From Zestosphaera tikiterensis (GTDB lineage: Archaea; Thermoproteota; Thermoprotei_A; Sulfolobales; NBVN01), in contig NBVN01000002.1 in assembly GCA_003056265.1 (NCBI GenBank), positions 600,001 through 632,000 of the forward strand: 32,000 bases of DNA, written 5' to 3'. The number at the start of each line of letters is the position of its first letter. The first letter of the stretch is position 1. This document shows, in pieces, positions 1 through 9,861 of this stretch. Position numbers and translations under genes: made by a program. Below the pieces are notes generated by a model. It ran no database searches. It was given only the letters and a program-made list of their open reading frames with translations, and was not told the origin of the DNA.

Positions 1-942
1 GTTCCGCCTGGAACTGGATGGACTAAGGACCCGTTTAAACCCGTTGTTGAAGATAGTAAGATCTACGGTCGTGGAGCTACAGACATGAAAGGCGGTATAG
101 CGTCTATACTGGGTTTTTTAAAAGTAGTAGCTGAAGAAAACCTTAGGTTTAAAGGTACTTTAGAAGTGGCTTTCGTACCTGATGAAGAATCGGGTGGGGA
201 CGGCTCCAGATATTTAGTTGAAAGCGGTTTAACAAAACCGCGTTACGTAATAATAGGTGAGCCCTCAACATCTAAGAGAGTTGTGATAGGGCATAAAGGC
301 TTTATAAGGGGTTTAGTCCGCGTTTTAGGTAAGCAAACACATGGTAGCGTTCCTTGGTATGGAGAGAACGCCTTCTTAAAGGCTTCCCAGCTGGCGTTGA
401 AGTTTATGGAGCTTTACGAACCTCTATTAAACTCTAGAGCGACTTCAGCCCCTGTGAGAACCCCTCAAGAAGCGCATCCATCAATAAACCTCGGTGGGTA
501 TGCGGAATCAACTGCAAGGAAGGATAACACAGTACCGGGTGAGTTCCTATTCAGCTTTGACAGAAGGGTTTTACCGGAGGAAAACCTCGATGAAGTCGTG
601 AATGAATTGAAGGAATATTTTGCTAAAGCAGCTGCTAACGTTAGATATGAGGTAAGTATCTTAAGTGCTGTCCCACCGTCTTTAACGCCTGTAGAATCCG
701 AGATAGTTAACGTAGCTAGTGTTTGCGCCGAAAAAATCACAGGCTTTAAACCTAGGGCGGAGCTCTCGCCGGGGAGGAACGACGCGGTATATTACGTAAA
801 CTTTACGAGAAGTCAAGCGATAAACTTCGGTCCTGGCGTTGAATGGACAGCGCATGCTCCAGACGAGTATACAGACGTTGAAGAACTCGTTAAATTCGTG
901 AATATCTACAGATGCGTAGCTGAGAAAATCCTAATGAAGTAG
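1..942 (+). CDS. M20 family metallopeptidase / ArgE-DapE-LysK-type deacylase (5' partial, continues upstream of the window)
   Basis: Frame 1 is open from nt 1 and reads VPPGTGWTKDPFKPVVEDSKIYGRGATDMKGG. The conserved M20 GRG-x-x-DMKGG block therefore lies upstream of the ATG at 85 listed in the ORF track. VPDEESGG (metal-binding Glu-Glu) and HGSVPWYGENA follow. Stop TAG at 940-942. Confidence 0.85.
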   Translation, partial: VPPGTGWTKDPFKPVVEDSKIYGRGATDMKGGIASILGFLKVVAEENLRFKGTLEVAFVPDEESGGDGSRYLVESGLTKPRYVIIGEPSTSKRVVIGHKGFIRGLVRVLGKQTHGSVPWYGENAFLKASQLALKFMELYEPLLNSRATSAPVRTPQEAHPSINLGGYAESTARKDNTVPGEFLFSFDRRVLPEENLDEVVNELKEYFAKAAANVRYEVSILSAVPPSLTPVESEIVNVASVCAEKITGFKPRAELSPGRNDAVYYVNFTRSQAINFGPGVEWTAHAPDEYTDVEELVKFVNIYRCVAEKILMK

Positions 943-1110
943 CTTTAATATCTCGATGTTTTTAGATAACGCTATTGAACAGCGGATATATTACGGATTT
1001 TAAAGATGGAGGTTTAGCATAGGTTCAATGTTCAACCCTTTGAACAGGTATGTTCCAGCACTAAGTTTTTCAAATATGTAATCGAGATTAAATAACGAGG
1101 TGTAAAATCT

Positions 1111-1983
1111 ATGAAGCGCTCTCACATAGCCCTTCTAATCATCGGTGTTGGCCTGCTTTCAGGCCTTATAGTCTTTAGCGAGTTAAATCCGTTGAAGCTT
1201 TTCGAAGTTAACGTTAGCGTTCAAGTACCAAGCGAGGAAAACGTTATAGAGTTGAAACTCGACGTTAGAAACTCTTCAGGCTCCGTAACATACTCTAACG
1301 TATCTTCGCTATACCTAGATAGAGACGTTAACGTCATGTTTAAGTTGTTATCTGCTGAGGTTAATGGAGACGTTAAAATAACGTTAAGTGGGCAGGTAAC
1401 GTTAGTTAGCGATGATGGAATTAAGTACGTAGTGCCTATGCCCTGCTTATTCGCAAACAACGGATGCTTCAGAGTGCTTATGCTCATACCCGGTTATGAT
1501 ACTCCAATGTCGTTGCCTAGGGGTAAGTACTCAATATCTTTAACGTTAACATGGTATGGAGCTTCAGGTGAGGGGATTATTAAGTTAAGAGTAGGCCTAG
1601 TGGAAGAAACTGTTGAGGTGGTTAAAATTGGTTCAAGACCTGAGAACACTACAGGTTGGGTAACTGTTGAAGGATCCACTAAAAGTTATGCTGTGTTGGT
1701 AGATCCTAAAGCAGTTAAGGTTGGGGGATGTCTTTACGCGACGCACGTATGGGTTTGGATTTTCACGCCGTCAAACACTACAGACGTAAAGAACGTTAAA
1801 GTAGTTGTTGAGGATTTATACAGTGGTAAACAACTTTATAACGCCGACGTAGACCTAGATAAATCAGGTATTTATAGGGAAGCTTTAATGAAGGTTATAT
1901 TACCGCAGGGCAAGTACATATTGAAAATCTTCATAACCCCGGAAACAGCCTTACAGACTACCTTATCTGTTGAAACATGTTAA
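1111..1983 (+). CDS. hypothetical secreted / N-terminally anchored protein
   Basis: 290-aa ORF. The N-terminus has basic residues then one hydrophobic helix (MKRSHIALLIIGVGLLSGLIVF). The remainder is beta-rich with several N-x-S/T sequons. No catalytic motif recognised. Confidence 0.6.
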   Translation: MKRSHIALLIIGVGLLSGLIVFSELNPLKLFEVNVSVQVPSEENVIELKLDVRNSSGSVTYSNVSSLYLDRDVNVMFKLLSAEVNGDVKITLSGQVTLVSDDGIKYVVPMPCLFANNGCFRVLMLIPGYDTPMSLPRGKYSISLTLTWYGASGEGIIKLRVGLVEETVEVVKIGSRPENTTGWVTVEGSTKSYAVLVDPKAVKVGGCLYATHVWVWIFTPSNTTDVKNVKVVVEDLYSGKQLYNADVDLDKSGIYREALMKVILPQGKYILKIFITPETALQTTLSVETC

Positions 1984-2138
1984 CTAGAACCTTAAGGAAA
2001 GCTTTTTAAATTATTAACGTTAACTGGACAACCTCTAACTCTATACTCGACTTTCACAACATAAACTAGATAGCCGTGCACTAAATTAAAATCGAGTTAA
2101 ATGCTCTCATCTAACCGTGAAGTTTTACTTTTATGGAT

Positions 2139-3452
2139 TTAGATGTGGTGGATGGACATAGTGGAGGAAGACGAGGTAATATTTAAAGAATCGTGGTTAA
2201 CGACGCGTACTAACTTCCTAGCCATATAGGCTAGGAGTGGTGTGATCAGAAATGATAAAGCTATGAATATCGCGTGTGTGTTTAATGAGGGTTCTGTTGA
2301 GGTGTTTTGAGTTGTTTGTGTGTGGTTAGGGGTTGTTGATGTTGTGGGTGGCTGTGGTGTGGTGGTTGTGTTGATGTTTTGAGGGTTTAGATAACTCCGT
2401 AGTGTTTTGATTGGGTCGGATATTACGTGTTTAATGAATTCCGTAGTTGTTGCGTTGATTTCGTATGTCGCTAGTAATTCTATGTATGAGTATTTACTGT
2501 ATTCTTCCCTTACCTGATTAAGCGTTTCTTCCGTTATTTGGATGTCAGTTGTTTCTCCAGTTATTAAGACTGGATAGTGTAGTCTAGCGTAAGCTAGGAG
2601 GTCTAGAGAGATCCAACCAACTTTAGGTACGTATGCCGTAACGAATCCGTGAGGTCCTGCGTTAATAAACCTTAAGTAGGAGCCGTAAATCCCTATGGTT
2701 TCGTCGTACGGTAGGTAAACATAACCGTAAACTATCTTAGCTGGGATTCCGTAATACCATAGAATGCTTAGTAAGATTCTGGACATGTCGTCGCAGTCTC
2801 CCTGCCTACTTTCAATCACTTCCTTAGTTGTTCTAGGTAATGCGCTAGCGTTATATTTTATGAAGTACCTACCGTATATAAACTCAGCTGCTTTAACGGC
2901 TAAGTAAGTTTTCGATATATCCGTCGGTGCGGTTATTTTATAACGTTCTTTAAGCCAATTCTCAAATTCCGGGATTACGTACTTAACTACTAAAGGGTCT
3001 GGATTCAACACATATTTAGAGAGTAGTTCCTCAGGATATGGCGACGAGTAAGCTTTAGTATCGTTGGAAAACCTAATGTAGGTTATTAACCCAAGCTCTC
3101 TACTCATGTTATGCTCTACAGTAACGTTTAAGATTAAATAGCCGTACGTCCCGTTAGATATTAGAATTTTAAAAGACGTAGCGGACTCGCCTACTTTAAC
3201 TAGTGAAACATTCCCACCGTAGCTTACTAAAAACACTTTTTGACTGTAGAGACCATCACTATAGTTAATAGGGATTTCAAAATAACCTTCGCTATAACCT
3301 CTAGCTTGAGTTACTTCAGTAATATCCACATAATAGAAATATAGCCTATCCTGAGACGATTGAGTAACCACAAACGAGAAGTTCGTGATTATCGCAAACG
3401 ACATTATCAACGCAACAACTACAGGTTTAAAACTAAAGCCACCCATAAACAC
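2139..3452 (-). CDS. membrane-anchored transglutaminase-like (cysteine protease fold) protein with Thr/Pro/Gln-rich stalk
   Basis: Transglutaminase-core pattern QGDCDDMSRILLSILWYYGIPAKIVYGY ... GPHGFVTAYVPKVGWISLDL (Cys, His, Asp in the canonical order). N-terminal signal/anchor MFMGGFSFKPVVVALIMSFAIITNF. Low-complexity TTTTPQPPTTSTTPNHTQTTQNTSTEP linker followed by a C-terminal TM helix and basic tail. Confidence 0.8.
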   Translation of the reverse strand: MFMGGFSFKPVVVALIMSFAIITNFSFVVTQSSQDRLYFYYVDITEVTQARGYSEGYFEIPINYSDGLYSQKVFLVSYGGNVSLVKVGESATSFKILISNGTYGYLILNVTVEHNMSRELGLITYIRFSNDTKAYSSPYPEELLSKYVLNPDPLVVKYVIPEFENWLKERYKITAPTDISKTYLAVKAAEFIYGRYFIKYNASALPRTTKEVIESRQGDCDDMSRILLSILWYYGIPAKIVYGYVYLPYDETIGIYGSYLRFINAGPHGFVTAYVPKVGWISLDLLAYARLHYPVLITGETTDIQITEETLNQVREEYSKYSYIELLATYEINATTTEFIKHVISDPIKTLRSYLNPQNINTTTTPQPPTTSTTPNHTQTTQNTSTEPSLNTHAIFIALSFLITPLLAYMARKLVRVVNHDSLNITSSSSTMSIHHI

Positions 3453-3686
3453 TCACCGCCTATCTTTCCCCACCCACATATAACTCAAACTTAGAATTAC
3501 TTAATATTTAAGCAAGTCTATGGGAATATAAGGTTATAGATTTATATTTATATATAGAATTTAAAGCGCTGTATTTATCTACGTCGGTCGATCTCTAGTA
3601 ACACTTGCTAACCCTTTAGGTTATAAATCTTCATATATAGAAATATCACACCTATCTAGTGACGATTTGCTTATATATCGTACTTT

Positions 3687-5168
3687 TTATTTATGAATTA
3701 TTCTCGTGAATTTCTTAAATAACGTGTTATAATACTTGATTAACTCTGGCGTCGGTAAATCTTCAGAACATTCATTCATCATTGACTCATATATTTCCTT
3801 CAATTCCTTTTCAGAACCGTATCTTAAGGCTTTAAATGCCAGCAAAGCATTTCCTACATGACTTACGTGTGGAAATCCACAATAAGTGATTTTCTTAGCA
3901 ATCACATTAGCTAGAATCTTCCTTACTATCGGTTGCTGAGCTAATTTACCACCTATTAGAAGGTTTTCATAGGTTACGTTGTTTTCGATTAAGCCGTCAT
4001 TTATTATCTTTAATAGGAATATAATTCCCTCAACAGCTGCTTTAAACACGTCACTTAAGGTGGTGTTAGGTTTTAAACCTATTAATGCTCCACCACCTCC
4101 GGCAGGTTTAAAGATACTTAGCGGAAGTCGTTCCGGGTAGATTGTTGGTATGAATAAAACGTTACTTCCTACGTTTAGCTTATCTTCTATTTCTTTGAAC
4201 ATCATGTTAAAGAATTCCTCCTTTGTCCTGCTTACCCAGAACAGATTGTGTAGATAATCAAGTACTATGCCAGCGTTGTTTACGCCTCCTCCGCTTATCC
4301 ATTTCCTTCCTAGAAGGTAGTATGTTTGAAACCTTACTTGAACGTTCTTATCCAACACCGGATAATCTGTTACTACCCTTAACATAGCGCTAGTACCTAA
4401 GTTAACGACGCCCTTGCCACTCTGCCCTAACGTCATGCCGTAAATCATTGTAGCCCCATCATAAAGTCCTAAAATAAGTGGTGTTTTGTTTTTAAGGTTA
4501 AGTTCCTCAACCAGATTGTCCTTAATTTCTAGGACTTCATAACCTTCTCTTAACTCAGGAAGTTGATTTTCATCTATGCCAGCAAGTTCTAAGGCGAAAG
4601 CATCCCATCTTAACTCATTTATATTTAATAATTGATACGTTCCTGAAGCCGACGAAAGATCTGTTACGGCATTGCCCGTGAAAGCGTGAGTTATGAAAGA
4701 CTTAACATCTAGGTAGAATGTGATATTCCTGGAAACGCTTGACTTAAATTTCTTAAGCCATAGAATCTTAGGTAAGCCATATATGTGTAGAAGAGGGCAT
4801 CCTGTTCTTAAGTATATTTCCCTATCATATGTTTTTAAATAACGTAAGGCTTTAGTAGGCCTCTCATCAACCCACGTTATAACGTTAGTTAAAGGTCTAT
4901 AACTCTTATCAACCCCAAGAATACCGAAAAGGTATGTAGATAAAACTATAGCGTCTGCTTTCGTAACTACTTTCCTCACGGCTTTATATAGAAGCTTAAG
5001 CACTTCTTTAGGGTTATGTTCATAAGCCCTAAGGGCAGGCTTCACGTATGGGGTAGGTATTTCCACGCTTTTAGTTATCTTAGGTGCTACCCCACTTTCT
5101 ACAAATACATTCGCCACTTTAATGTAGGTAGTCCCGAGATCTATGGAAACTACATTCAAAATTAACAC
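3687..5168 (-). CDS. FGGY-family carbohydrate kinase (substrate unknown)
   Basis: 493 aa. N-terminal phosphate-1 motif SIDLGTTYIKVA, the two-domain length typical of FGGY kinases, and Gly-rich GGGVNNAG / LIGGKLAQ segments. Confidence 0.8.
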   Translation of the reverse strand: MLILNVVSIDLGTTYIKVANVFVESGVAPKITKSVEIPTPYVKPALRAYEHNPKEVLKLLYKAVRKVVTKADAIVLSTYLFGILGVDKSYRPLTNVITWVDERPTKALRYLKTYDREIYLRTGCPLLHIYGLPKILWLKKFKSSVSRNITFYLDVKSFITHAFTGNAVTDLSSASGTYQLLNINELRWDAFALELAGIDENQLPELREGYEVLEIKDNLVEELNLKNKTPLILGLYDGATMIYGMTLGQSGKGVVNLGTSAMLRVVTDYPVLDKNVQVRFQTYYLLGRKWISGGGVNNAGIVLDYLHNLFWVSRTKEEFFNMMFKEIEDKLNVGSNVLFIPTIYPERLPLSIFKPAGGGGALIGLKPNTTLSDVFKAAVEGIIFLLKIINDGLIENNVTYENLLIGGKLAQQPIVRKILANVIAKKITYCGFPHVSHVGNALLAFKALRYGSEKELKEIYESMMNECSEDLPTPELIKYYNTLFKKFTRIIHK

Positions 5169-5194
5169 CTAAAATTGAGTTTTAATGCGCAGAG

Positions 5195-6214
5195 CTAAAA
5201 AGACCTTCGCCTAAGGTTTTTAGGTAGGACTACAACACCATCTATTGGCTTTCCATCTATGAAGTTCTTTATAGCGTAAACCATTGCCATATCCATACCC
5301 TTTAAAGCTTCCCACGTGTAAGCAGCAATATGCGGTGTTATTATAACGTTACCGTATTTTAGCAAGCGATGCTCTGCTGATATAGGTTCCCCCTCAACTA
5401 CATCCATAGCGACCGCTGAAACTATACCTTTATCTAAGGCTTCGCATAAGGCCTGCTCGTCGATAAGCTCTCCTCGGGCTGTATTGACTATTATTATCCC
5501 TTCCTTAGCGTTGAATAAGACGTCCTTATTTACCATATGGTAGTTTTCCTTAGTTAAGGCGGCGTGTAACGTAACTATATCACTAACTTTAAACAGTTCT
5601 TTAAGGTCTGATACGTATCTATAGCCTAATGCCTCCACAGCCTCCTTAGATACGTAGGGATCGTAGACAACGATTTTAGAGTTAAAGCCCTTAGCTAGGA
5701 TTTCAGCTACTCGAGAACCTATGTTACCGAAACCAATCACACCAACTGTTAAGTTAGGTAATTCCCTACCAATAAATTTTGCTCTATCACCCCAACGACC
5801 TTCTTTAACAGCTATGTAGCTCTGCGGAACCATCCTCAAGGCTGAGATCATTAAAGCTACCGTATGCTCAGCTACAGCTTCTCTCTCGACATAACCAGGG
5901 ACGCGAGCAACCACAACTCCATGTCTTTCAGCTGCTCGCAGGTCTATATTATCTACGCCGATGCCGTGTCTTACGATCATTAACACGTCGTTATTAAGGT
6001 CGAAAAACTCAGCTGAGTAGTAAGGTGTTACGCTAGCGATAACGAATTGAAAGCCGTTTAATACCTTAGCCAGCTCCTTACCGTTTATGTCTTTAGGAAC
6101 TTCAATAAACTCAACCCTACCTAACTTTTTCAGTTCTTCTACAGCGTTTGTATACCTACCGAAAGACTTAGAGTTAACTACCGCTATATTTACATTCATT
6201 AAACCAACCCTCAA
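5195..6214 (-). CDS. D-isomer-specific 2-hydroxyacid dehydrogenase (glyoxylate/hydroxypyruvate reductase or PGDH-like)
   Basis: NAD-binding GVIGFGNIGSRVA. Catalytic-region pattern NTARGELID ... MDVVEGEP ... TPHIAAYT (Arg/Glu/His). An alternative start at Met6 (nt 6199) is possible. Confidence 0.85.
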   Translation of the reverse strand: MRVGLMNVNIAVVNSKSFGRYTNAVEELKKLGRVEFIEVPKDINGKELAKVLNGFQFVIASVTPYYSAEFFDLNNDVLMIVRHGIGVDNIDLRAAERHGVVVARVPGYVEREAVAEHTVALMISALRMVPQSYIAVKEGRWGDRAKFIGRELPNLTVGVIGFGNIGSRVAEILAKGFNSKIVVYDPYVSKEAVEALGYRYVSDLKELFKVSDIVTLHAALTKENYHMVNKDVLFNAKEGIIIVNTARGELIDEQALCEALDKGIVSAVAMDVVEGEPISAEHRLLKYGNVIITPHIAAYTWEALKGMDMAMVYAIKNFIDGKPIDGVVVLPKNLRRRSF

Positions 6215-6223
6215 AACCTATGT

Positions 6224-7171
6224 TTACGTTAAAGTTAAGTATTGCTCAACAAGTTTCCTCAGTTCTTCTCTCTCCTGAGGTTCTAACACGCCTAAGTACG
6301 TCAGCGGATATCCAGCGTTTATCCCCTTAAGCTTTAATAGCTCTCTCAGTACTTCCGGAGACTCTACGCTGAATTTACCTGTGATGTTCCTTAATTTATT
6401 TATTACGTTCTGTATTTCTTTAGCTTTCTCTATGTCGCCATTTACAACAGCTCTATAAAGCTCTGTTACATATTTTGGAAATACGTTTGATAATCCACAT
6501 ATATGTGCGTCGGCACCGATTACAAACGTGTATAGAAGCATGTTATCTCCTGCCCCAGCTACGAAGTATTTCCCCTTAAACCTCATCACATACTCAAGTA
6601 GTTGTTCTACAGAGTAGCTAGTGTCTTTTATACCAACTATGGCTGGTACTTCACGAGTAAGTTCTTCAAACATTGATGGCGTAATGTTATATCTTTGCCT
6701 ACCGCTGTTGTTGTAAATAACTACCTTAGCATCGCTTTTAGAAATGCGATTGAAATACTCTACTAAACCCCTTTTTGAGGATTTGTAGTAAACAGGACCC
6801 ACAGAACTTACTACCTCATAGCCCAAGTCCCTAGCATATTTTGCTAATTCGTAACTAGCTTCAACATCTGAAGACGCTATATGAGGCAGTACTACAGCTT
6901 TATTAGGAACGTACTCTATGGCTTTCTCTAAGAATTTCCTCCTAGTTTTCTGACTGAGTAGAAGGCCTTCCCCGTAAGTACCCATGATAAAAAGCCCGTT
7001 AACGCCGTTAGTTAATTGATATGATATCAATTCTTTAAGACAGTCTTCACATAAGTCACTATCCTTATTAAGTGGGGTGATGAGAGCCGTGATAACACCT
7101 TTTAACTCCCAACTCATTTTATCCACCATTAAGCGTCTTAAGTTAATAGATTTAGGTTTGTTATAAAACAA
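6224..7171 (-). CDS. DHDPS/NAL-family class I aldolase, 2-keto-3-deoxy-sugar-acid (KDG-type) aldolase-like
   Basis: Family N-terminus KGVITALITPL, a YNN-x-G segment and Schiff-base lysine context VGIKDTS. The likely true start is ATG at 7117 (MSWELKGVITA), preceded by GGTGGA 6 nt upstream; the track start at 7171 adds 18 residues atypical for the family. Confidence 0.85.
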   Translation of the reverse strand: MFYNKPKSINLRRLMVDKMSWELKGVITALITPLNKDSDLCEDCLKELISYQLTNGVNGLFIMGTYGEGLLLSQKTRRKFLEKAIEYVPNKAVVLPHIASSDVEASYELAKYARDLGYEVVSSVGPVYYKSSKRGLVEYFNRISKSDAKVVIYNNSGRQRYNITPSMFEELTREVPAIVGIKDTSYSVEQLLEYVMRFKGKYFVAGAGDNMLLYTFVIGADAHICGLSNVFPKYVTELYRAVVNGDIEKAKEIQNVINKLRNITGKFSVESPEVLRELLKLKGINAGYPLTYLGVLEPQEREELRKLVEQYLTLT

Positions 7172-7198
7172 GTTCTATTGTTATGATTTAAAAATTGA

Positions 7199-7963
7199 TT
7201 AAATGGGGCCGCCATAACTTACGTAACCGCCATCAATAAGTATTGTGTCACCTGTTATAAAACTTGCTTCATCTGAAGATAGAAACGCTATAACTTTAGC
7301 TACTTCCTCAGGCGTGCCTAACCTACCCATTGGAGTCATCATTTTAATAGCCTCTTCATTAACGACGCCTTTCTTAGCTAGGTTTAGAACTCTTTGCGTA
7401 GCTATCCATCCAGGAGCTACACCAACAACTCTAATTCCATACGGCGCTAGTTCGACAGCTAATTCCCTAGTTAGACCTATAACACCCGCTTTTGAAGCGC
7501 TGTAAGCAGCTCTTCTTGGGATCGCTACAAAGCCTAAGCTAGAGGCCATATTTACAATAACTCCTCTGCCTTGTTGAACCATAACTCTCGCTACCGCTTG
7601 AGTACATAAGAAGACCCCAGTTAAGTTTATGTCGATTACTCTACGCCAGTCTTCTAATGCCATTTCAAGGAGTGGTTTTTGTATGGAGATCCCAGCATTG
7701 TTGACTAAGATGTCTATCCTGCCGAACCTCTCTAAAGTCTTAGAAACCATGGCATTGACTTCATCAGGGTTTGTAACATCTACTTTAACCGCTATAGCCT
7801 CGCCTCCAAGGCTTTTAAGCTCCTCAACAGTTTTTTCAGCGAGTTCTAAATTCACATCAGCCACGACTACCTTAGCCCCTTCCTTAACGAATTCAATCGC
7901 TATTGCCTTTCCTATACCTTCAGCTGCCCCCGTAATTATAGCGACTTTATCCTTGAGTTTCAT
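7199..7963 (-). CDS. short-chain dehydrogenase/reductase (SDR)
   Basis: TGAAEGIGKAIA cofactor motif, NNAG, and catalytic S...YSASK. Confidence 0.9.
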   Translation of the reverse strand: MKLKDKVAIITGAAEGIGKAIAIEFVKEGAKVVVADVNLELAEKTVEELKSLGGEAIAVKVDVTNPDEVNAMVSKTLERFGRIDILVNNAGISIQKPLLEMALEDWRRVIDINLTGVFLCTQAVARVMVQQGRGVIVNMASSLGFVAIPRRAAYSASKAGVIGLTRELAVELAPYGIRVVGVAPGWIATQRVLNLAKKGVVNEEAIKMMTPMGRLGTPEEVAKVIAFLSSDEASFITGDTILIDGGYVSYGGPI

Positions 7964-8000
7964 ACATTATCAACCATAAAGATGTGGTTTATCGGGAGTT

Positions 8001-8007
8001 AAAAAAA
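8001..8007 (-). terminator. oligo-T (T7 on minus strand) candidate terminator downstream of dctM
   Basis: The A7 run on the plus strand at 8001-8007 gives T7 on the transcribed strand, 34 nt after the dctM stop (8041). Archaeal termination typically occurs at oligo-T tracts. Confidence 0.35.
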
Positions 8008-8040
8008 CATAATAAAACATGTTTGAAGCTCTTTAAAGGG

Positions 8041-9345
8041 TTATACGCTAAGGCCTAAAGCTTTAGGAAGCCATAAGAAAGAGTCCGGAATATATACTAT
8101 TATTACATATATTAAGAGATACATCACTATGAAGGGTATCATAGCCTTCAGAAGCTTCTCAACCTCGATATTTAAAGATTGAGCAGTAACAAAGACCGCA
8201 GCCCCTACTGGTGGTGTGGCAGTACCCAATAAAACACCGAAGAGGAAGAGGGCGTTGATATGGTATGGATTGATCCCATATGGTGTGAAAGCGCTTATTA
8301 TAGTAGCCCCCCAAGCAATCGCTAAAACTATAACATCGAAGAACATGCCAAACACAGCTAATATCGCCGCTAAAACAGTGAGAGCGATTAACGGACTTAT
8401 AGCAGTACTCATACTAGTGAAGAATTCAATCATAGCGTAATTTAACTTGCTGAGCGACCACGCGTAATTTAAGATATAGGAATTACCTATCATGAATATA
8501 ACCACCGCAGTTGTTTTACCTGATTCCAAAATTATATCGAGTATTTTCCTCGGTGTTAAAGTTTTATATGCTGCAGCAACAGCTAAAGCCGATAAAGCCC
8601 CTAACGCACCCGCTTCAGTCACCGAAAACACACCTAAATATATACTTCCTAAGACAAGTAAAGGAACCGCAAGCAAAGGCATAGCTTTAGCGATATTGAG
8701 GAGCATTTCTCTTAAGGTATATCTGCGCTCCAAACCTCCTAAATTGTTTTTATAGGATATAATCAGTATTAAAATTATTAAACCGAGCAATACGAGAATC
8801 CCTAACGCACCCCCAACAATAAACATAGTTAAGACCGAAGTGTTCGTAGCGGTTGCTATAATTATAGCTGGTATGCTAGGCGGTATGAAAGCTCCTAAAG
8901 GAGCTGATGCCGTTATAACGGCAGCTGTAAATCCTCTAGGATACCCTCTACGCTCCATCTCACTTCCCATCAACCTTGAGAAAGCAGCAGCCGTTGCTGC
9001 TACAGCACCAGTGAGCAGTCCGAAAAACGCGCAGCCCACAGCTACAGCTACTGCTAACCCACCTTTAACTCGTCCTAATATTGGTTGAAGGGCGTCTACT
9101 ATAAGTTTCGTAAGTCCAGTCTTTTCAAAGACAACACCCATGAACGTGAAGAGAAACACCCCCAAAAGTGGGAAGGATCTGAGAGGTTGCATGACTGCTG
9201 TGGTGGCGGTTGTTAAGTCTACGTTGGCTAATAACATAAGCACTATACTGCTTAAACCTATGGAGAACGTTACTGGAAGTCCGGAGAATATTAAAGCGAA
9301 TAAGACTATAAAGAATATAATACCAAGTGTTAAGGGATCCATCAT
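8041..9345 (-). CDS. dctM: TRAP transporter large permease subunit
   Basis: 434 aa and very hydrophobic, with roughly 12 predicted TM segments. It sits directly after the small DctQ-like subunit with a 4-nt overlap, following a DctP-type binding protein in the canonical P-Q-M order. Confidence 0.85.
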   Translation of the reverse strand: MMDPLTLGIIFFIVLFALIFSGLPVTFSIGLSSIVLMLLANVDLTTATTAVMQPLRSFPLLGVFLFTFMGVVFEKTGLTKLIVDALQPILGRVKGGLAVAVAVGCAFFGLLTGAVAATAAAFSRLMGSEMERRGYPRGFTAAVITASAPLGAFIPPSIPAIIIATATNTSVLTMFIVGGALGILVLLGLIILILIISYKNNLGGLERRYTLREMLLNIAKAMPLLAVPLLVLGSIYLGVFSVTEAGALGALSALAVAAAYKTLTPRKILDIILESGKTTAVVIFMIGNSYILNYAWSLSKLNYAMIEFFTSMSTAISPLIALTVLAAILAVFGMFFDVIVLAIAWGATIISAFTPYGINPYHINALFLFGVLLGTATPPVGAAVFVTAQSLNIEVEKLLKAMIPFIVMYLLIYVIIVYIPDSFLWLPKALGLSV

Positions 9346-9824
9346 CGACTACCTCCATCTAAAGTAATTGCTTTAATCACATACCTTACTATCATGAAAA
9401 ACAACCCGAGCAACATGGCTAGGTAGAATGTATACATAGGCAATCCTAAGATAATAGTTTTCTGGAGTTTGTAAACGTCGTAGAAACTTAAGTTCGAATA
9501 TATCATGATTATGGCGTATACGATACTTAAAAACCAGATAAATCTCTTATATAACCTCCCTCTCCTATCCCTAAGTATTCCAACGTAGGGATGATCGCCT
9601 AAACCTCTGCAAACCATGCTAACACCCATGAACACAAGCCATGTATGGAAAAACCAAGTCAATTCAGGTTCTTCTGGGAAAGGTACGTGAAGGAGGTACC
9701 TAGCTAAGGCACCGTAGAATAACGCAGCTAAAATGCCAACACCACATACGACAATCGTTACTGCCTCTAAGACGAATAGTGTTTTATCAACGTAAGAAAT
9801 CAGTCTTTTCATATCTAACACCAT
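9342..9824 (-). CDS. dctQ: TRAP transporter small permease subunit
   Basis: 160 aa with 4 hydrophobic segments. Positioned between dctP and dctM; its stop overlaps the dctM start. Confidence 0.75.
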   Translation of the reverse strand: MVLDMKRLISYVDKTLFVLEAVTIVVCGVGILAALFYGALARYLLHVPFPEEPELTWFFHTWLVFMGVSMVCRGLGDHPYVGILRDRRGRLYKRFIWFLSIVYAIIMIYSNLSFYDVYKLQKTIILGLPMYTFYLAMLLGLFFMIVRYVIKAITLDGGSR

Positions 9825-9861
9825 CCTCTATTTTTAATAGAGAAAAATTTTAAAATTAAAT

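Noticed and set aside
1036-1051. Short inverted repeat GTTCAA-CCCT-TTGAAC upstream of the 1111 gene.
   Set aside because: A 6-bp arm palindrome is expected by chance and has no supporting second copy.
2270-2400. G/T-rich low-complexity tract (gtggttgtg-type) that could suggest a microsatellite or G-quadruplex.
   Set aside because: It is the antisense of the Thr/Pro/Gln-rich stalk coding region of the transglutaminase-like protein, so protein low complexity explains it.
7245-7979. ORFs of 86 and 116 aa on the plus strand inside the SDR gene.
   Set aside because: They are antisense shadows of a well-supported SDR CDS. The translations are low-complexity (Ser/Thr/Ala/Leu-rich) with no motifs.
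8216-9367. Several 74-87 aa ORFs on both strands within dctM and the dctQ/dctM junction.
   Set aside because: They lie fully inside, or out of frame with, the strongly supported TRAP permease genes. Hydrophobic-codon regions give open antisense frames by chance.
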